Assembly: GCA_009937525.1 (NCBI GenBank)
Contig: JAACFE010000029.1
Coordinates: 1,778 to 25,777, forward strand
Origin: Gammaproteobacteria bacterium
Lineage (GTDB): Bacteria > Pseudomonadota > Gammaproteobacteria > Steroidobacterales > Woeseiaceae
Direction: 5' to 3'
DNA length: 24,000 bases
Of the stretch, positions 1-7,928 are shown in pieces; position 1 is the first letter of the stretch; every line of letters begins with the position of its first letter. A model generated the notes under the pieces. The model had not been told where the DNA came from and did no database searches. It saw nothing but the letters and a program-made list of their open reading frames with translations. Position numbers and translations under genes: made by a program.

Positions 1-1485
1 GTCGACAGGATCGACGTAGACCTTATCGATCGTCTCCCCCGTGCGCCCCTTGAAGGCGGTCCTGAACGTCGCCCGCATGCCGGTCGACACCGCGAGATAC
101 GCCGAAGCGCGCCAGCGAACGGATTCGCCATCCTCTTCACCGCCTTCTTCGCCGCCGCCGTGGTGGCCACCGCCCGTGCACGGTGCCTTGCCCGCGTAGT
201 TCCAGAACAGGAAGTCGTCGAAGTCCTCCCCGGTTCTCGCGACGAGGTGCGTCCGCTTCGTCCGCGTGTCGTGGACGAAGATGCCCTGGTTGACCGGAAC
301 GTCTCGTACGGCATAGCAGCTGATCCCGTAGCTGGGATCGCTGGTGTCGTCACAGACGCTGCCCTCGTCGCCGATCGGCTCGTCCGCGCCCTCGCAGACC
401 AGTTCCTGGTTGCAATAGGCGATTCGATCCTTGTTGCCTTCGGTCGGGCAATACAGCTTGAGCGCGCGAGTCTCGTCGCCCCAGCCGCCCCAGAAGCCGA
501 CGTAGCGACCGTCGAAGGCGATGCCTTCGCCGAGCGCATTGAACTGGGCCTTGGTCGTGTCGCCGGGAACCCGCTGGCCGATGCTGACCAGCGTCGTGAG
601 TTTCGGCGAGTACGTGAGCGGCGCCATGTAGATGCCGCCTTGTGCCGGGTTGAGTTCGTCATCGAAACCGGCAAACACGACCTTGTGGTCGGCTGCGTTC
701 GGCGGCGCCGTCGAACCGAAGAACGTGTTGGTACCCGGAATCAGGGTCTCGGTGTTGGCAATCAGTATCGATGGGTGTGTTCCGCCGTGATCCTCCGGCA
801 ACAGGTGTCGGAAATAGACGCCGGTCTTTTCGGTACCACCACCCGTGTAGTTGCCCTTGAACGCGACGATATTGCCGTCCGTCACTGTCGGCGCACCCGG
901 GAATACTTCGAACGTCACGCCGTTATAGTCCGGTACGCCGAAGAAGCCGTACCCCGGTACGTGACCGAGCTTGGCGGCACCGGTGATCAGTTCACCGTGC
1001 GGGTTGCTGTAGATGCCCGTCGTACCAGCCCGCGTCTCGTCGTCGTCCGACCCGTATTGGTATACGGGCTGGTGGTTGCCGCGTGTCGCGATCGTGTTCG
1101 TGTGCATGTCGATGCGCGGGAACGACGGCGTCTCGACGAACGTCGAGCCCAGATTGTTCGGCTCCGGCACGGGTGATGTCCTGTCGAGTACACGGACGAT
1201 CTCGCTATCCGCAAGTCCCATGTCGCGCATGTAGATGCCGTGCGTCGCCGGCCCGAGTGGAGGCCCACCCCGGCTGCGCGCCCGCACGACAACCATACCC
1301 CTGGTGTTTACCGAGGGCGGGTTGTAGCTGTTGAAGTTTCGTGTCTCCAGAGGCGGCATCACATCACTGTTGTTTATGACGGTGTTCCATTGAAAGACGC
1401 TCTCCTTTTCGTCCGCGACTGCAGTGCTTGTCACTACCGTTGCCGCCACCAGCAGATACACGGATTTCATGTACCTGGGTTTCAT
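1..1485 (-). CDS. secreted protein of unknown function, N-terminal 495 codons only (C-terminus lies beyond the window start)
   Basis: Absent from the ORF track because it has no stop inside the window. ATG at 1485-1483 with AGGAGG 6 nt upstream. Hand translation gives MKPRYMKSVYLLVAATVVTSTAVA/DEKESVFQWNTV... I translated 1485-841, 540-481 and 250-1 in one frame. No complete minus-strand ORF is listed in this frame, so the frame is open to position 1. Signal peptide present. Recurring strand motifs: VNTRGMVVVRA, TDGNIVAFKG, FDGRYVGFWG. Internal GGGHHGGGEEGGEEDGE tract at about 124-175. Confidence 0.75.
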   Translation of the reverse strand, partial: MKPRYMKSVYLLVAATVVTSTAVADEKESVFQWNTVINNSDVMPPLETRNFNSYNPPSVNTRGMVVVRARSRGGPPLGPATHGIYMRDMGLADSEIVRVLDRTSPVPEPNNLGSTFVETPSFPRIDMHTNTIATRGNHQPVYQYGSDDDETRAGTTGIYSNPHGELITGAAKLGHVPGYGFFGVPDYNGVTFEVFPGAPTVTDGNIVAFKGNYTGGGTEKTGVYFRHLLPEDHGGTHPSILIANTETLIPGTNTFFGSTAPPNAADHKVVFAGFDDELNPAQGGIYMAPLTYSPKLTTLVSIGQRVPGDTTKAQFNALGEGIAFDGRYVGFWGGWGDETRALKLYCPTEGNKDRIAYCNQELVCEGADEPIGDEGSVCDDTSDPSYGISCYAVRDVPVNQGIFVHDTRTKRTHLVARTGEDFDDFLFWNYAGKAPCTGGGHHGGGEEGGEEDGESVRWRASAYLAVSTGMRATFRTAFKGRTGETIDKVYVDPVD

Positions 1486-1501
1486 GGCTGTCCTCCTGGT
1501 T

Positions 1502-1524
1502 CCCCGGGCCGTTACGGCCCGGGG
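1502..1524 (-). terminator. perfect 10-bp GC hairpin between two secreted-protein genes (possible terminator or processing site)
   Basis: CCCCGGGCCG-tta-CGGCCCGGGG at 1502-1524. It lies 44 nt after the stop at 1568 and 17 nt before the ATG at 1485. No U-tract follows on the minus strand, so intrinsic termination is uncertain. Confidence 0.3.
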
Positions 1525-1567
1525 GTTGTGCCTGCTGTCGTCAGCTGGCGTTGTTATCGAGAGCGGC

Positions 1568-3157
1568 CTAGTGACCGCCACCTCCGCCGGACGCCCTCAC
1601 ATTGGAAGTCGCAAAAGCGTCGTTGTTGCCCGGGTTCGGGTCTGTTCCCGGCGGTCCGGCGATAACCGTCGCGCTCCAGTCGATGGTTCTGCCGGACGTG
1701 TTGATCGTGAAGATCTGGGTAAAGGAAGCAGTTTCGCCCGCAGAGAGCTCTTCGATGTCGAAGACCCACTCTCCGAGTGTTCCTTCTGCACCGGTGGCAA
1801 CCACCGTAACGGTGCCAAAGGCCTCATCCGGACCCAGGTTGCCGACGTTGATGAAGAACTCCCTTTCACCGCCGTTCACGTAGTTCTTTGGCACCTGCAA
1901 GCCGGACTGCTCGCTGATCGCGAGGTCATACAGGATATCGCCTGAAGGTACACAAGGAACCGCGGTCCCATACAGATCCGCATTCGGAATCGGCCAGTCG
2001 TGCATGAAGTTGATCACCGCACGCGAGTCATCGGCCGCCACTGCGAATCCCCCGATGTTCTCGCCGTAATAAGTCGGATCGGCCATCAGTTCAGGTACGG
2101 CTGCGAGGATCGGTCCCTTCGCTATTTCGAAAGTGAGGGGTTCTGCCGTAAGAACCCGGAGGTACTCGAATATGCCTTCGTCTGTCTGATCAAACTCCGA
2201 CCAGATGTACGGCGGCGCGGGGAGTGCGCCAAACGTATCGGAACGGCTGTACGCATATCCCAGCACTCCGCCACCGTCGTCGTAGCTCGCGTAGTCCAGG
2301 AAGCACTTCTCTACCTGCTGGATCGTACCCTGCACCTCTTCCCGGTAGTTCTCGCATACCTTGGGAAGGATCGTCGGCGTGACGTCCAGACCCATGAGCA
2401 TGTTGAGATAGGCCACCATGTCCACGTTGAACTCGCCGCCCTTGTCAGAGGCGACGCCCAGTCCCCTGGCCGCGGTGTCCAGGACATCGGCATCTTCCGG
2501 CAGATCAACCCCGATGCTGCCCGTCATCATCAGTTGCCGGTAGACCGCCAGGTTCTGCAGCGGTGAGTCGATGGTGCTCGTTATCGTGTCCTCATCGTCT
2601 CCGCAGTTGCTGGCCACCATCCGTCCGGCGGGATCCAGGCTCGTGCTGTCGGCCGTGGCCAGTTTGACGACCACGTCCTCCAACTGGGCCTCGAATACCG
2701 ATTCAGGAGAGCGTGCCTCGTTGATACGGCCGAAGTCGACCTCGCGCGTATAGGCTCCGAAAAATGCCTCTACGGCACAGTTGTACTGGTCAACCGGAAT
2801 CAACCAGCCGCCGTCGACCGCTGTGCTTGCCGTGGGGACGACGACCCTGTCTTCCGGCTCGGTCCAACCGTCATACGAGAACTCTTCCTCCGCAAGGGGC
2901 TGCCAGCACTCTCCGCCCCAAACCGTCGCACCGGTTTCGGGATTCGGCACTTCGACCGGATCGGACGGGATGGGGACGCCATTGTCATAGCGATAGAGGA
3001 TGATGAGGTCCCCGAAGTCCGGGGCCCCTTCGTCGCCTCCACCGCCGCCCCCGTTGCCCCCGCCACCACCATGGCCCTGGGCGACGGCTGTGCCGCTCAG
3101 GCAGATAGCGCCGGCTGCGAGTGCGCTGAGTAAAGTAAGAAGCAGTTTAGTCTTCAT
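1568..3157 (-). CDS. secreted protein of unknown function with an N-terminal poly-Gly/His tract, a C-terminal CARDB-like domain and a GGGGGH C-terminus
   Basis: ORF 1568..3244. I prefer the internal ATG at 3157 because AAGGAGGTG lies 6 nt upstream. That start gives MKTKLLLTLLSALAAGAICLSGTAVA/QGHGGGGGNGGGGGGDEG, a clean signal peptide. The C-terminal roughly 100 aa (NVGNLGPDEAFGTVTVVATG...LSAGETASFT...DPNPGNNDAF) match my memory of the CARDB adhesion-domain pattern. The protein ends ...RASGGGGGH. Confidence 0.85.
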   Translation of the reverse strand: MKTKLLLTLLSALAAGAICLSGTAVAQGHGGGGGNGGGGGGDEGAPDFGDLIILYRYDNGVPIPSDPVEVPNPETGATVWGGECWQPLAEEEFSYDGWTEPEDRVVVPTASTAVDGGWLIPVDQYNCAVEAFFGAYTREVDFGRINEARSPESVFEAQLEDVVVKLATADSTSLDPAGRMVASNCGDDEDTITSTIDSPLQNLAVYRQLMMTGSIGVDLPEDADVLDTAARGLGVASDKGGEFNVDMVAYLNMLMGLDVTPTILPKVCENYREEVQGTIQQVEKCFLDYASYDDGGGVLGYAYSRSDTFGALPAPPYIWSEFDQTDEGIFEYLRVLTAEPLTFEIAKGPILAAVPELMADPTYYGENIGGFAVAADDSRAVINFMHDWPIPNADLYGTAVPCVPSGDILYDLAISEQSGLQVPKNYVNGGEREFFINVGNLGPDEAFGTVTVVATGAEGTLGEWVFDIEELSAGETASFTQIFTINTSGRTIDWSATVIAGPPGTDPNPGNNDAFATSNVRASGGGGGH

Positions 3158-3235
3158 AATGTCCACCTCCTTTGTATAGATCATCAGTGGTTGATGAAGA
3201 TGTAATCCCTCTATCGTGTAGTCTGCCGGTGTCCT

Positions 3236-3283
3236 GTTTCTCACGTATTTCCGAAGCGTGTGAAATTGTTACAGTGTGTTTCC
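3236..3283 (-). promoter_or_regulatory. copy 1 of the 48-bp four-half-site operator, facing the gene that starts at 3157
   Basis: Plus strand: GTTTC tcacgt ATTTC cgaagcgtgtgaaatt GTTACA gtgt GTTTCC. Same half-site offsets (0, 11, 32, 42) as the other three copies. 78 nt separate it from the ATG at 3157. Confidence 0.6.
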
Positions 3284-3401
3284 TGGAAGCCAGGTACGGG
3301 CGTTCGTTTGCGGAGGGCGGTTTCCGATAACGGGGCCGGGACGGACCGGCAGGACAATCAGGCGCCTGCGAGCCATTAACTGTTTTCGTTGATTCGTGGA
3401 G

Positions 3402-3431
3402 GGCCAGCGAGAACCTGCGCCCTCGCTGGCC
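3402..3431 (-). terminator. possible terminator hairpin downstream of the 3483..4871 gene
   Basis: GGCCAGCGAG-(10 nt loop)-CTCGCTGGCC, about 50 nt after the stop at 3483 on the minus strand. No clear U-tract. Confidence 0.3.
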
Positions 3432-3482
3432 GAAAGTGACGTGGTGCAAGCGCACCGCGCCACTCAGTCCTTCCAACTGCGG

Positions 3483-4871
3483 CTAGTGGTTGCCGCCACC
3501 GCGGCCGCCGCCACCGGTGTGGCTTGCGGCATCAGTCTGGGTCGCGGAATCGACGTGGCCACCACCACCACCTCCGCCGCCACCACCACCACCGGCGCCA
3601 ACGGCATCCCTCGCGACGATGCAAAGGTCGATGTAGCTAAGGTTGTAGGTGGAATTGACGACCGGAACATACAACGCCTCGGATTCACCGTCGTCGGGTA
3701 ATGCGATGGCCGTGTTGAATGCTGTCCGCGGAAGTTCGCGCACTTGCGCCGGCACTGCCGGCGGTGCGCTGACCGGCGCGTTCTCGTCGTCGAATACCAC
3801 CTCGTCACCCGGAGTGTAGAAGGTCAAACGCCACCAGCCGGTCTTCAACCACCCGGCGCCGCATACTGACTCGGTGTTGACGCTCTTCATTGGCCAGTTG
3901 TAACCGTAGACGTACTTGCCGCCGACGCTGAGCTCGACACTGTAGGGAGCATCCCGCCATGTGCAGGCGCCCTCCCAGTCCGAACCGGTCCACGTGCTCA
4001 GCACGGGCGCTCCGAGTTGCTGCACAACGACTTCGCCTTCGCCGTCTTCACCGCCACCGGGTTGCGGACACTCTGCGCTGTCCGGCTCCATCTTCGCGAT
4101 GTTCAGCCGTGCGTTGTCGGTCTTGATGATCTGGAATGGCGAGTCATAGTTGTATGACACCAATTCCTCGGCCCGCACGCCCCAATGCTCGCTTGTGCCC
4201 TGGCCGGACACGTGCCACATCTGGAAGCCCACCTTGCAGTCAGCCTCCGGGTCAGCACTCGCATTCTCACAGGTGCCGAGCGTGGGATCGAAACCTGGAA
4301 TGCGGCTGCTGTAAGGCTGGGTCTCGACACGAATCTGAGACCGCGATGTCCAGGACCTGGCTTCAAGGGCGTCACCCCAGTCCACATAGGCTACGGAGGC
4401 CGGACCATCTATGCCGTCCTCGTCAGCCCACCAGTCGTTGTCGACGACCTTCTGCCAGTAGATACGCGACACCGATTCACCGTAGCAGGGTGCATCGGTC
4501 GGCACGGTGCATTCTTCCGCATCCAGATAGAGAGTCGGTTTCATCAAGTCGTCCACGCAGGACGTATTGGGGTAGCTAAATGCTCCGGAGACCTCCTTTT
4601 TGTTGCAACCAAAGGAGTAGTGCTCGCCGCGCACGGAATCCGCAGGTGGACTCCAATTTGCCGGAATCGTGTTTGTCGTGTCTGTCAAATTCGCGGGCAG
4701 TGATAGGTTGTTCCCGGCCTCTTCCTCGCCACCACCCGGGCCGCCTTTGCACGGCGGGCCGCCCATGTCGATGCACCATTGAGGTGCGGCACTCGCCACG
4801 CCACCAAAGCCGACTACCATGGCCACGGCTGCGCCTGCCAGCGCAATCGATAAACGTTTGATAATCGTCAT
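3483..4871 (-). CDS. secreted Cys-rich protein of unknown function with a (Gly)12-His tract and a GGGNH C-terminus
   Basis: Full ORF in the track. AGGAGGG lies 6 nt upstream of the ATG at 4871. Signal peptide MTIIKRLSIALAGAAVAMVVGFGGVASA/APQW, followed by GGPPCKGGPGGGEEEAGNNLSLP. The C-terminus is AGGGGGGGGGGGGHVDSATQTDAASHTGGGGRGGGNH. I recognise no catalytic family. Confidence 0.85.
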   Translation of the reverse strand: MTIIKRLSIALAGAAVAMVVGFGGVASAAPQWCIDMGGPPCKGGPGGGEEEAGNNLSLPANLTDTTNTIPANWSPPADSVRGEHYSFGCNKKEVSGAFSYPNTSCVDDLMKPTLYLDAEECTVPTDAPCYGESVSRIYWQKVVDNDWWADEDGIDGPASVAYVDWGDALEARSWTSRSQIRVETQPYSSRIPGFDPTLGTCENASADPEADCKVGFQMWHVSGQGTSEHWGVRAEELVSYNYDSPFQIIKTDNARLNIAKMEPDSAECPQPGGGEDGEGEVVVQQLGAPVLSTWTGSDWEGACTWRDAPYSVELSVGGKYVYGYNWPMKSVNTESVCGAGWLKTGWWRLTFYTPGDEVVFDDENAPVSAPPAVPAQVRELPRTAFNTAIALPDDGESEALYVPVVNSTYNLSYIDLCIVARDAVGAGGGGGGGGGGGGHVDSATQTDAASHTGGGGRGGGNH

Positions 4872-5002
4872 TTTGATCCCTCCTGGATTCGGTATTTAAT
4901 GAGTCCCTTGCCTTTAACGGGCTTGCCTTTCGCTGCAACCTCACCTCCTTCCCATGTCCTGGGGCCTTCTTCAGGCCAGTGTATATATCCTGTCCGGGTC
5001 GT

Positions 5003-5050
5003 GTTTCTTACGTATTTCCGCGCGGCGCAAAATTGTTACAGTGTGTTACC
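5003..5050 (-). promoter_or_regulatory. copy 2 of the 48-bp operator, facing the gene that starts at 4871 and abutting the response-regulator start codon
   Basis: Plus strand: GTTTC ttacgt ATTTC cgcgcggcgcaaaatt GTTACA gtgt GTTACC. 131 nt separate it from the ATG at 4871. A TATATA hexamer at 4982-4987 lies 15 nt beyond half-site A on the minus strand and is a candidate -10. The element ends 1 nt before the regulator ATG at 5052. Confidence 0.6.
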
Positions 5051-5051
5051 T

Positions 5052-5789
5052 ATGGACGCTGGACGACGTGCGACTCACGCCAGCGATTCACATCTGCTGG
5101 TTGTGGACGACGACAGGGAGACCCGCGAGCTCCTGTCGCTTTACCTGGGGCAACAGGGTTTCGACGTTGCCGTCGTCGAGGACGGCAAGGCGATGGACGC
5201 CTGGCTTGCGGACAACTCCACCGACCTGGTCATACTGGACCTGATGCTCCCCGGCGAGGATGGACTGTCGATCGCGAGGCGCCTGCAGAGCGATCACAAG
5301 CTGCCTATCGTGATGATCTCGGCGCGAGGCGAGGAACTCGACCGCATCGTAGGACTCGAGGTCGGCGCGGACGATTACCTGCCCAAACCGTTCAATCCGC
5401 GCGAGCTGTTGGCGCGCATCCGGGCAGTGTTGCGCCGCAGCGGTATGTCCGACGAATCGGAATCCGACCGCGACGCAAGCTACAGATTCGGCGAATTCCG
5501 TTTCGACGATCAACGGCGCGTTTTGTACCGCGGCGCCGAGGACATCGATCTTTCGCGGGCGGAGTTCGACCTGCTACAGGTATTCGTGCACCACCCGAAC
5601 CGGGTGCTGAGCAGGGACCAGATCATGGACTGCCTCAGCGGCGGCGACCGGAATCCCTTCGACCGCAGCATCGACGTGCGTGTCACGCGCCTGAGACACA
5701 AGATAGAAGACGACCCCGCCGACCCGAAATTCATTCGCACGATCTGGGGCATCGGTTACCAGTTCACGCCGCGCGGAGACGCAACGTGA
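5052..5789 (+). CDS. OmpR-family response regulator (receiver plus winged-helix DNA-binding domain)
   Basis: HLLVVDDDRETRELL..., LVILDLMLPGEDG (Asp codon 5238-5240), PIVMISARGEELDRIVGLEVGADDYLPKPFNPRELLARIRAVLRR and SIDVRVTRLRHKIEDDPADPKFIRTIWGIGYQF closely parallel E. coli OmpR. I chose the start at ATG 5052. The 4899 start would add 51 non-homologous residues across the divergent promoter. No Shine-Dalgarno is visible. Confidence 0.9.
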   Translation: MDAGRRATHASDSHLLVVDDDRETRELLSLYLGQQGFDVAVVEDGKAMDAWLADNSTDLVILDLMLPGEDGLSIARRLQSDHKLPIVMISARGEELDRIVGLEVGADDYLPKPFNPRELLARIRAVLRRSGMSDESESDRDASYRFGEFRFDDQRRVLYRGAEDIDLSRAEFDLLQVFVHHPNRVLSRDQIMDCLSGGDRNPFDRSIDVRVTRLRHKIEDDPADPKFIRTIWGIGYQFTPRGDAT

Positions 5790-7276
5790 CAATTTATCCG
5801 CGTTCGCTGCTCGGTCGGACCGCGATTACGATCGCCCTCACGCTTCTCGCCTTCATGGCGATCTCGATGGCCGCCGCCGTGTATTTCGTATACAGCCCGA
5901 TGGCGAAACGGGCGGCAGACGATTTTGCCGCAGTCATAGTATCGGCCGCCCATTCACTGCAGAGCCTGCCTGTGGAGATGCACGGGGATCTCAAGAATCA
6001 GCTGATGCAGGATCACGGACTGATCGTCGCTGAACAACCATTCGAGTCAATCGAGACCACCTCGGAACTGCCTTTCTACCCGTTCTTCCATGAATCGCTC
6101 GATGAGAAGGCCGGCACAGACCTGCGCATTATCGAACCTGTGAACAGTCCGATCATCTGGGTGGACGTGCCCGCCCATGGCAAGGTATACAGGCTCGGCT
6201 TCGACAAGGAACGGCTGGGCACCAATCCGCCGGTCGTACTGATAATGGCGGTCGGCGTCGGTGCATTGCTTACCTTGATTGCAAGCCTGCTCGAAGTGCG
6301 CAGAGTTGTCCGGCCACTGAAGCAACTATCGGATGCCGTGAAGAAAGTGGCACGCGGAGGCGGCGTGCCGCAGATTCCCGAGGAGGGTCCGGAGGAGATC
6401 GCCAACCTCGCCCGAACTTTCAACCGCATGTCTTCCGACCTGCAGCAGCTGTCGGAAAACCGCACGGTGATGATCGCGGGCATCTCGCACGATCTTCGCA
6501 CGCCATTGACCCGCCTGGGCCTCGCGGTCGAGATGCTCGACGAGAACTCGAATCCCGAACTCATCGCACGAATTCGGCACAACCTCGATACGATGAACAA
6601 CCTGATCCGGCAGTTCCTGCAGTTCTCGCAAGGCGTCGAGGGCGAATGCCCGGTGCAGCTGGATCTCTGGCAGATGATCGAATCGCTTGCGGCCGATCTG
6701 AAGCTCGAAGGTTCCGAGCTGGTACTTCACCGAAGGGATCCTCCCTGCGTCTACTTCGCCGACGTCGTCGCCCTCGAGCGCGTCCTGGCGAATCTGCTGA
6801 AGAACGCGGCGCAGCACGGAATGGGGAAGCCCATCAACATCAGCCTGCACTGCAACGACGAAGAGGTTGCTATCGAAATAGCCGATCGCGGACCTGGCAT
6901 TCCACCCGAGGAAGTTCAGGCCGTGTTCCGGCCATTCCACCAGCTCGGATCAGAACGCGCTCAACCGTCCGAAGGTAGCGGTCTCGGTCTCGCCATAGCA
7001 AACCAGCTCGCGTTGAAACACAACTGGACCATCCAGCTGCTGCCTCGGGATGGTGGAGGGACAGTGGCCAAACTCTCCCTCCCGCCGGGGCAGCGCTTCG
7101 GGCTATGCGGATCTTCAGCGCAGCGCGGGCAGATATCGCTTAACCTGCAGGCCGGCGCCCCAGTCGGCGCCGCTGTCGGTGAATCCCTTGAAGACGAAGC
7201 CCTGCAGACGCCAGTCAGCGCTGATGCGGTTCGACAGGAAGACACTGAGCTCCTGAGTCGGGTCGGCACCGATTGA
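5786..7276 (+). CDS. EnvZ-like sensor histidine kinase (2 TM, periplasmic domain, HAMP, HisKA, HATPase_c)
   Basis: GTG at 5786 overlaps the regulator stop (GTGA). TM1 is TAITIALTLLAFMAISMAAAVYFVY and TM2 is PPVVLIMAVGVGALLTLIASLL. H-box ISHDLRTPLTRL (His codon 6488-6490), N-box LLKNAAQHG, G1 DRGPGIP, G2 GSGLGLAIA. There is no in-frame stop until 7276, so a tail of about 60 aa overlaps the convergent OMP gene. Confidence 0.88.
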   Translation: MTIYPRSLLGRTAITIALTLLAFMAISMAAAVYFVYSPMAKRAADDFAAVIVSAAHSLQSLPVEMHGDLKNQLMQDHGLIVAEQPFESIETTSELPFYPFFHESLDEKAGTDLRIIEPVNSPIIWVDVPAHGKVYRLGFDKERLGTNPPVVLIMAVGVGALLTLIASLLEVRRVVRPLKQLSDAVKKVARGGGVPQIPEEGPEEIANLARTFNRMSSDLQQLSENRTVMIAGISHDLRTPLTRLGLAVEMLDENSNPELIARIRHNLDTMNNLIRQFLQFSQGVEGECPVQLDLWQMIESLAADLKLEGSELVLHRRDPPCVYFADVVALERVLANLLKNAAQHGMGKPINISLHCNDEEVAIEIADRGPGIPPEEVQAVFRPFHQLGSERAQPSEGSGLGLAIANQLALKHNWTIQLLPRDGGGTVAKLSLPPGQRFGLCGSSAQRGQISLNLQAGAPVGAAVGESLEDEALQTPVSADAVRQEDTELLSRVGTD

Positions 7277-7909
7277 CGATTCGCGGTAGTCGAAGAACAT
7301 GCCGGCTCTCGTGTGCCCATTGAATTTGTAGATGCCGCCTGCCGAGGCCAGTAGCGCGTCGTCGAGCACCGCGCCGGGCGGTTGCCCGCGGAATTTGTAG
7401 CCGATCGAGCCTATCCAGGTGACACGGTCTGAGAACTTGAGAAAATCGGCCAGGACCGTGAAATCATTCTCGCCGGTTCCGAGACCCTTGTCGACGTCGG
7501 CCGTGCCGAACTTGACCTTGCCGGTGAGGTCCATTGCAAAGCCGAGTCGCCGATTGCGAATAACATCGTAGACCGTCACGGCGGCGATCACGTCGCCGAT
7601 GCCGCTGTTCGTAACGATGTCCCCGCTACCGGGGATCGGTTCGCCGCCCGGACCCGTGATTACGGTTCCCGCGGGCGCCCTCACGCTAAGGTACGGAACT
7701 GTCAGGCGAAACGACAGCCGGCTGAAGTCCATCGTGGCCTTCAGCGGCACGTAAAAGTCCTCGATCTCGGTGTCGCCGCCGTAGGTGCCCGTCGTATATT
7801 CCGCGCCGGCAGAGAGCGAGAACCGTGGTCCTTCGTCCTGCGCCGCCACCGTCGTACCGGCAAGCAGGATCAGGCAGCCGAGCAATGGACTGTTCTGTAT
7901 TAACTTCAT
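7115..7909 (-). CDS. outer-membrane beta-barrel protein (resembles the 'transporter / MetA-pathway of phenol degradation' OMP type; family assigned from memory)
   Basis: ORF 7115..7957. I prefer the internal ATG at 7909 because GGGAGA lies 5 nt upstream. That start gives MKLIQNSPLLGCLILLAGTTVAAQ/DEG, a signal peptide. The longer form would begin inside the terminator hairpin at 7929-7951. Alternating hydrophobic strands rich in Gly and aromatics throughout (FSLSAGAEYTTGTYGG, LSFRLTVPYLSV, WIGSIGYKF, GGIYKF). Confidence 0.75.
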   Translation of the reverse strand: MKLIQNSPLLGCLILLAGTTVAAQDEGPRFSLSAGAEYTTGTYGGDTEIEDFYVPLKATMDFSRLSFRLTVPYLSVRAPAGTVITGPGGEPIPGSGDIVTNSGIGDVIAAVTVYDVIRNRRLGFAMDLTGKVKFGTADVDKGLGTGENDFTVLADFLKFSDRVTWIGSIGYKFRGQPPGAVLDDALLASAGGIYKFNGHTRAGMFFDYRESSIGADPTQELSVFLSNRISADWRLQGFVFKGFTDSGADWGAGLQVKRYLPALR

Positions 7910-7928
7910 CGTCGTCTCCCGGGAAAAG

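Noticed and set aside
160-1176. 338-aa plus-strand ORF, and similar long ORFs at 11741..12703 (+), 13919..14650 (-), 13941..14582 (-), 15678..16415 (-), 19440..20900 (+), 6326..6940 (-) and 9065..9652 (-).
   Set aside because: All lie antisense to, or out of frame with, genes that have clear family signatures or signal peptides. Their translations are Arg/Ala/Val/Asp-rich with no motifs and no ribosome-binding sites. This is the usual shadow-ORF pattern of GC-rich DNA.
3035-3076. G-rich runs on the coding strand of the poly-Gly tracts (also 3559-3597) as potential G-quadruplex or regulatory DNA.
   Set aside because: They are fully explained as Gly codons (GGN) inside well-supported ORFs. There is no independent evidence for a structural role.
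4899-5051. Upstream ATG that would give a 296-aa response regulator, and the 4979 start of the 765-aa ORF that fuses an out-of-frame shadow of the response-regulator gene region to the kinase frame.
   Set aside because: The extra residues have no receiver-domain homology and span the divergent promoter and operator. The 4979-5785 part of the long ORF is the out-of-frame shadow of the regulator gene. The kinase homology (TM1 onward) begins at the GTG at 5786.
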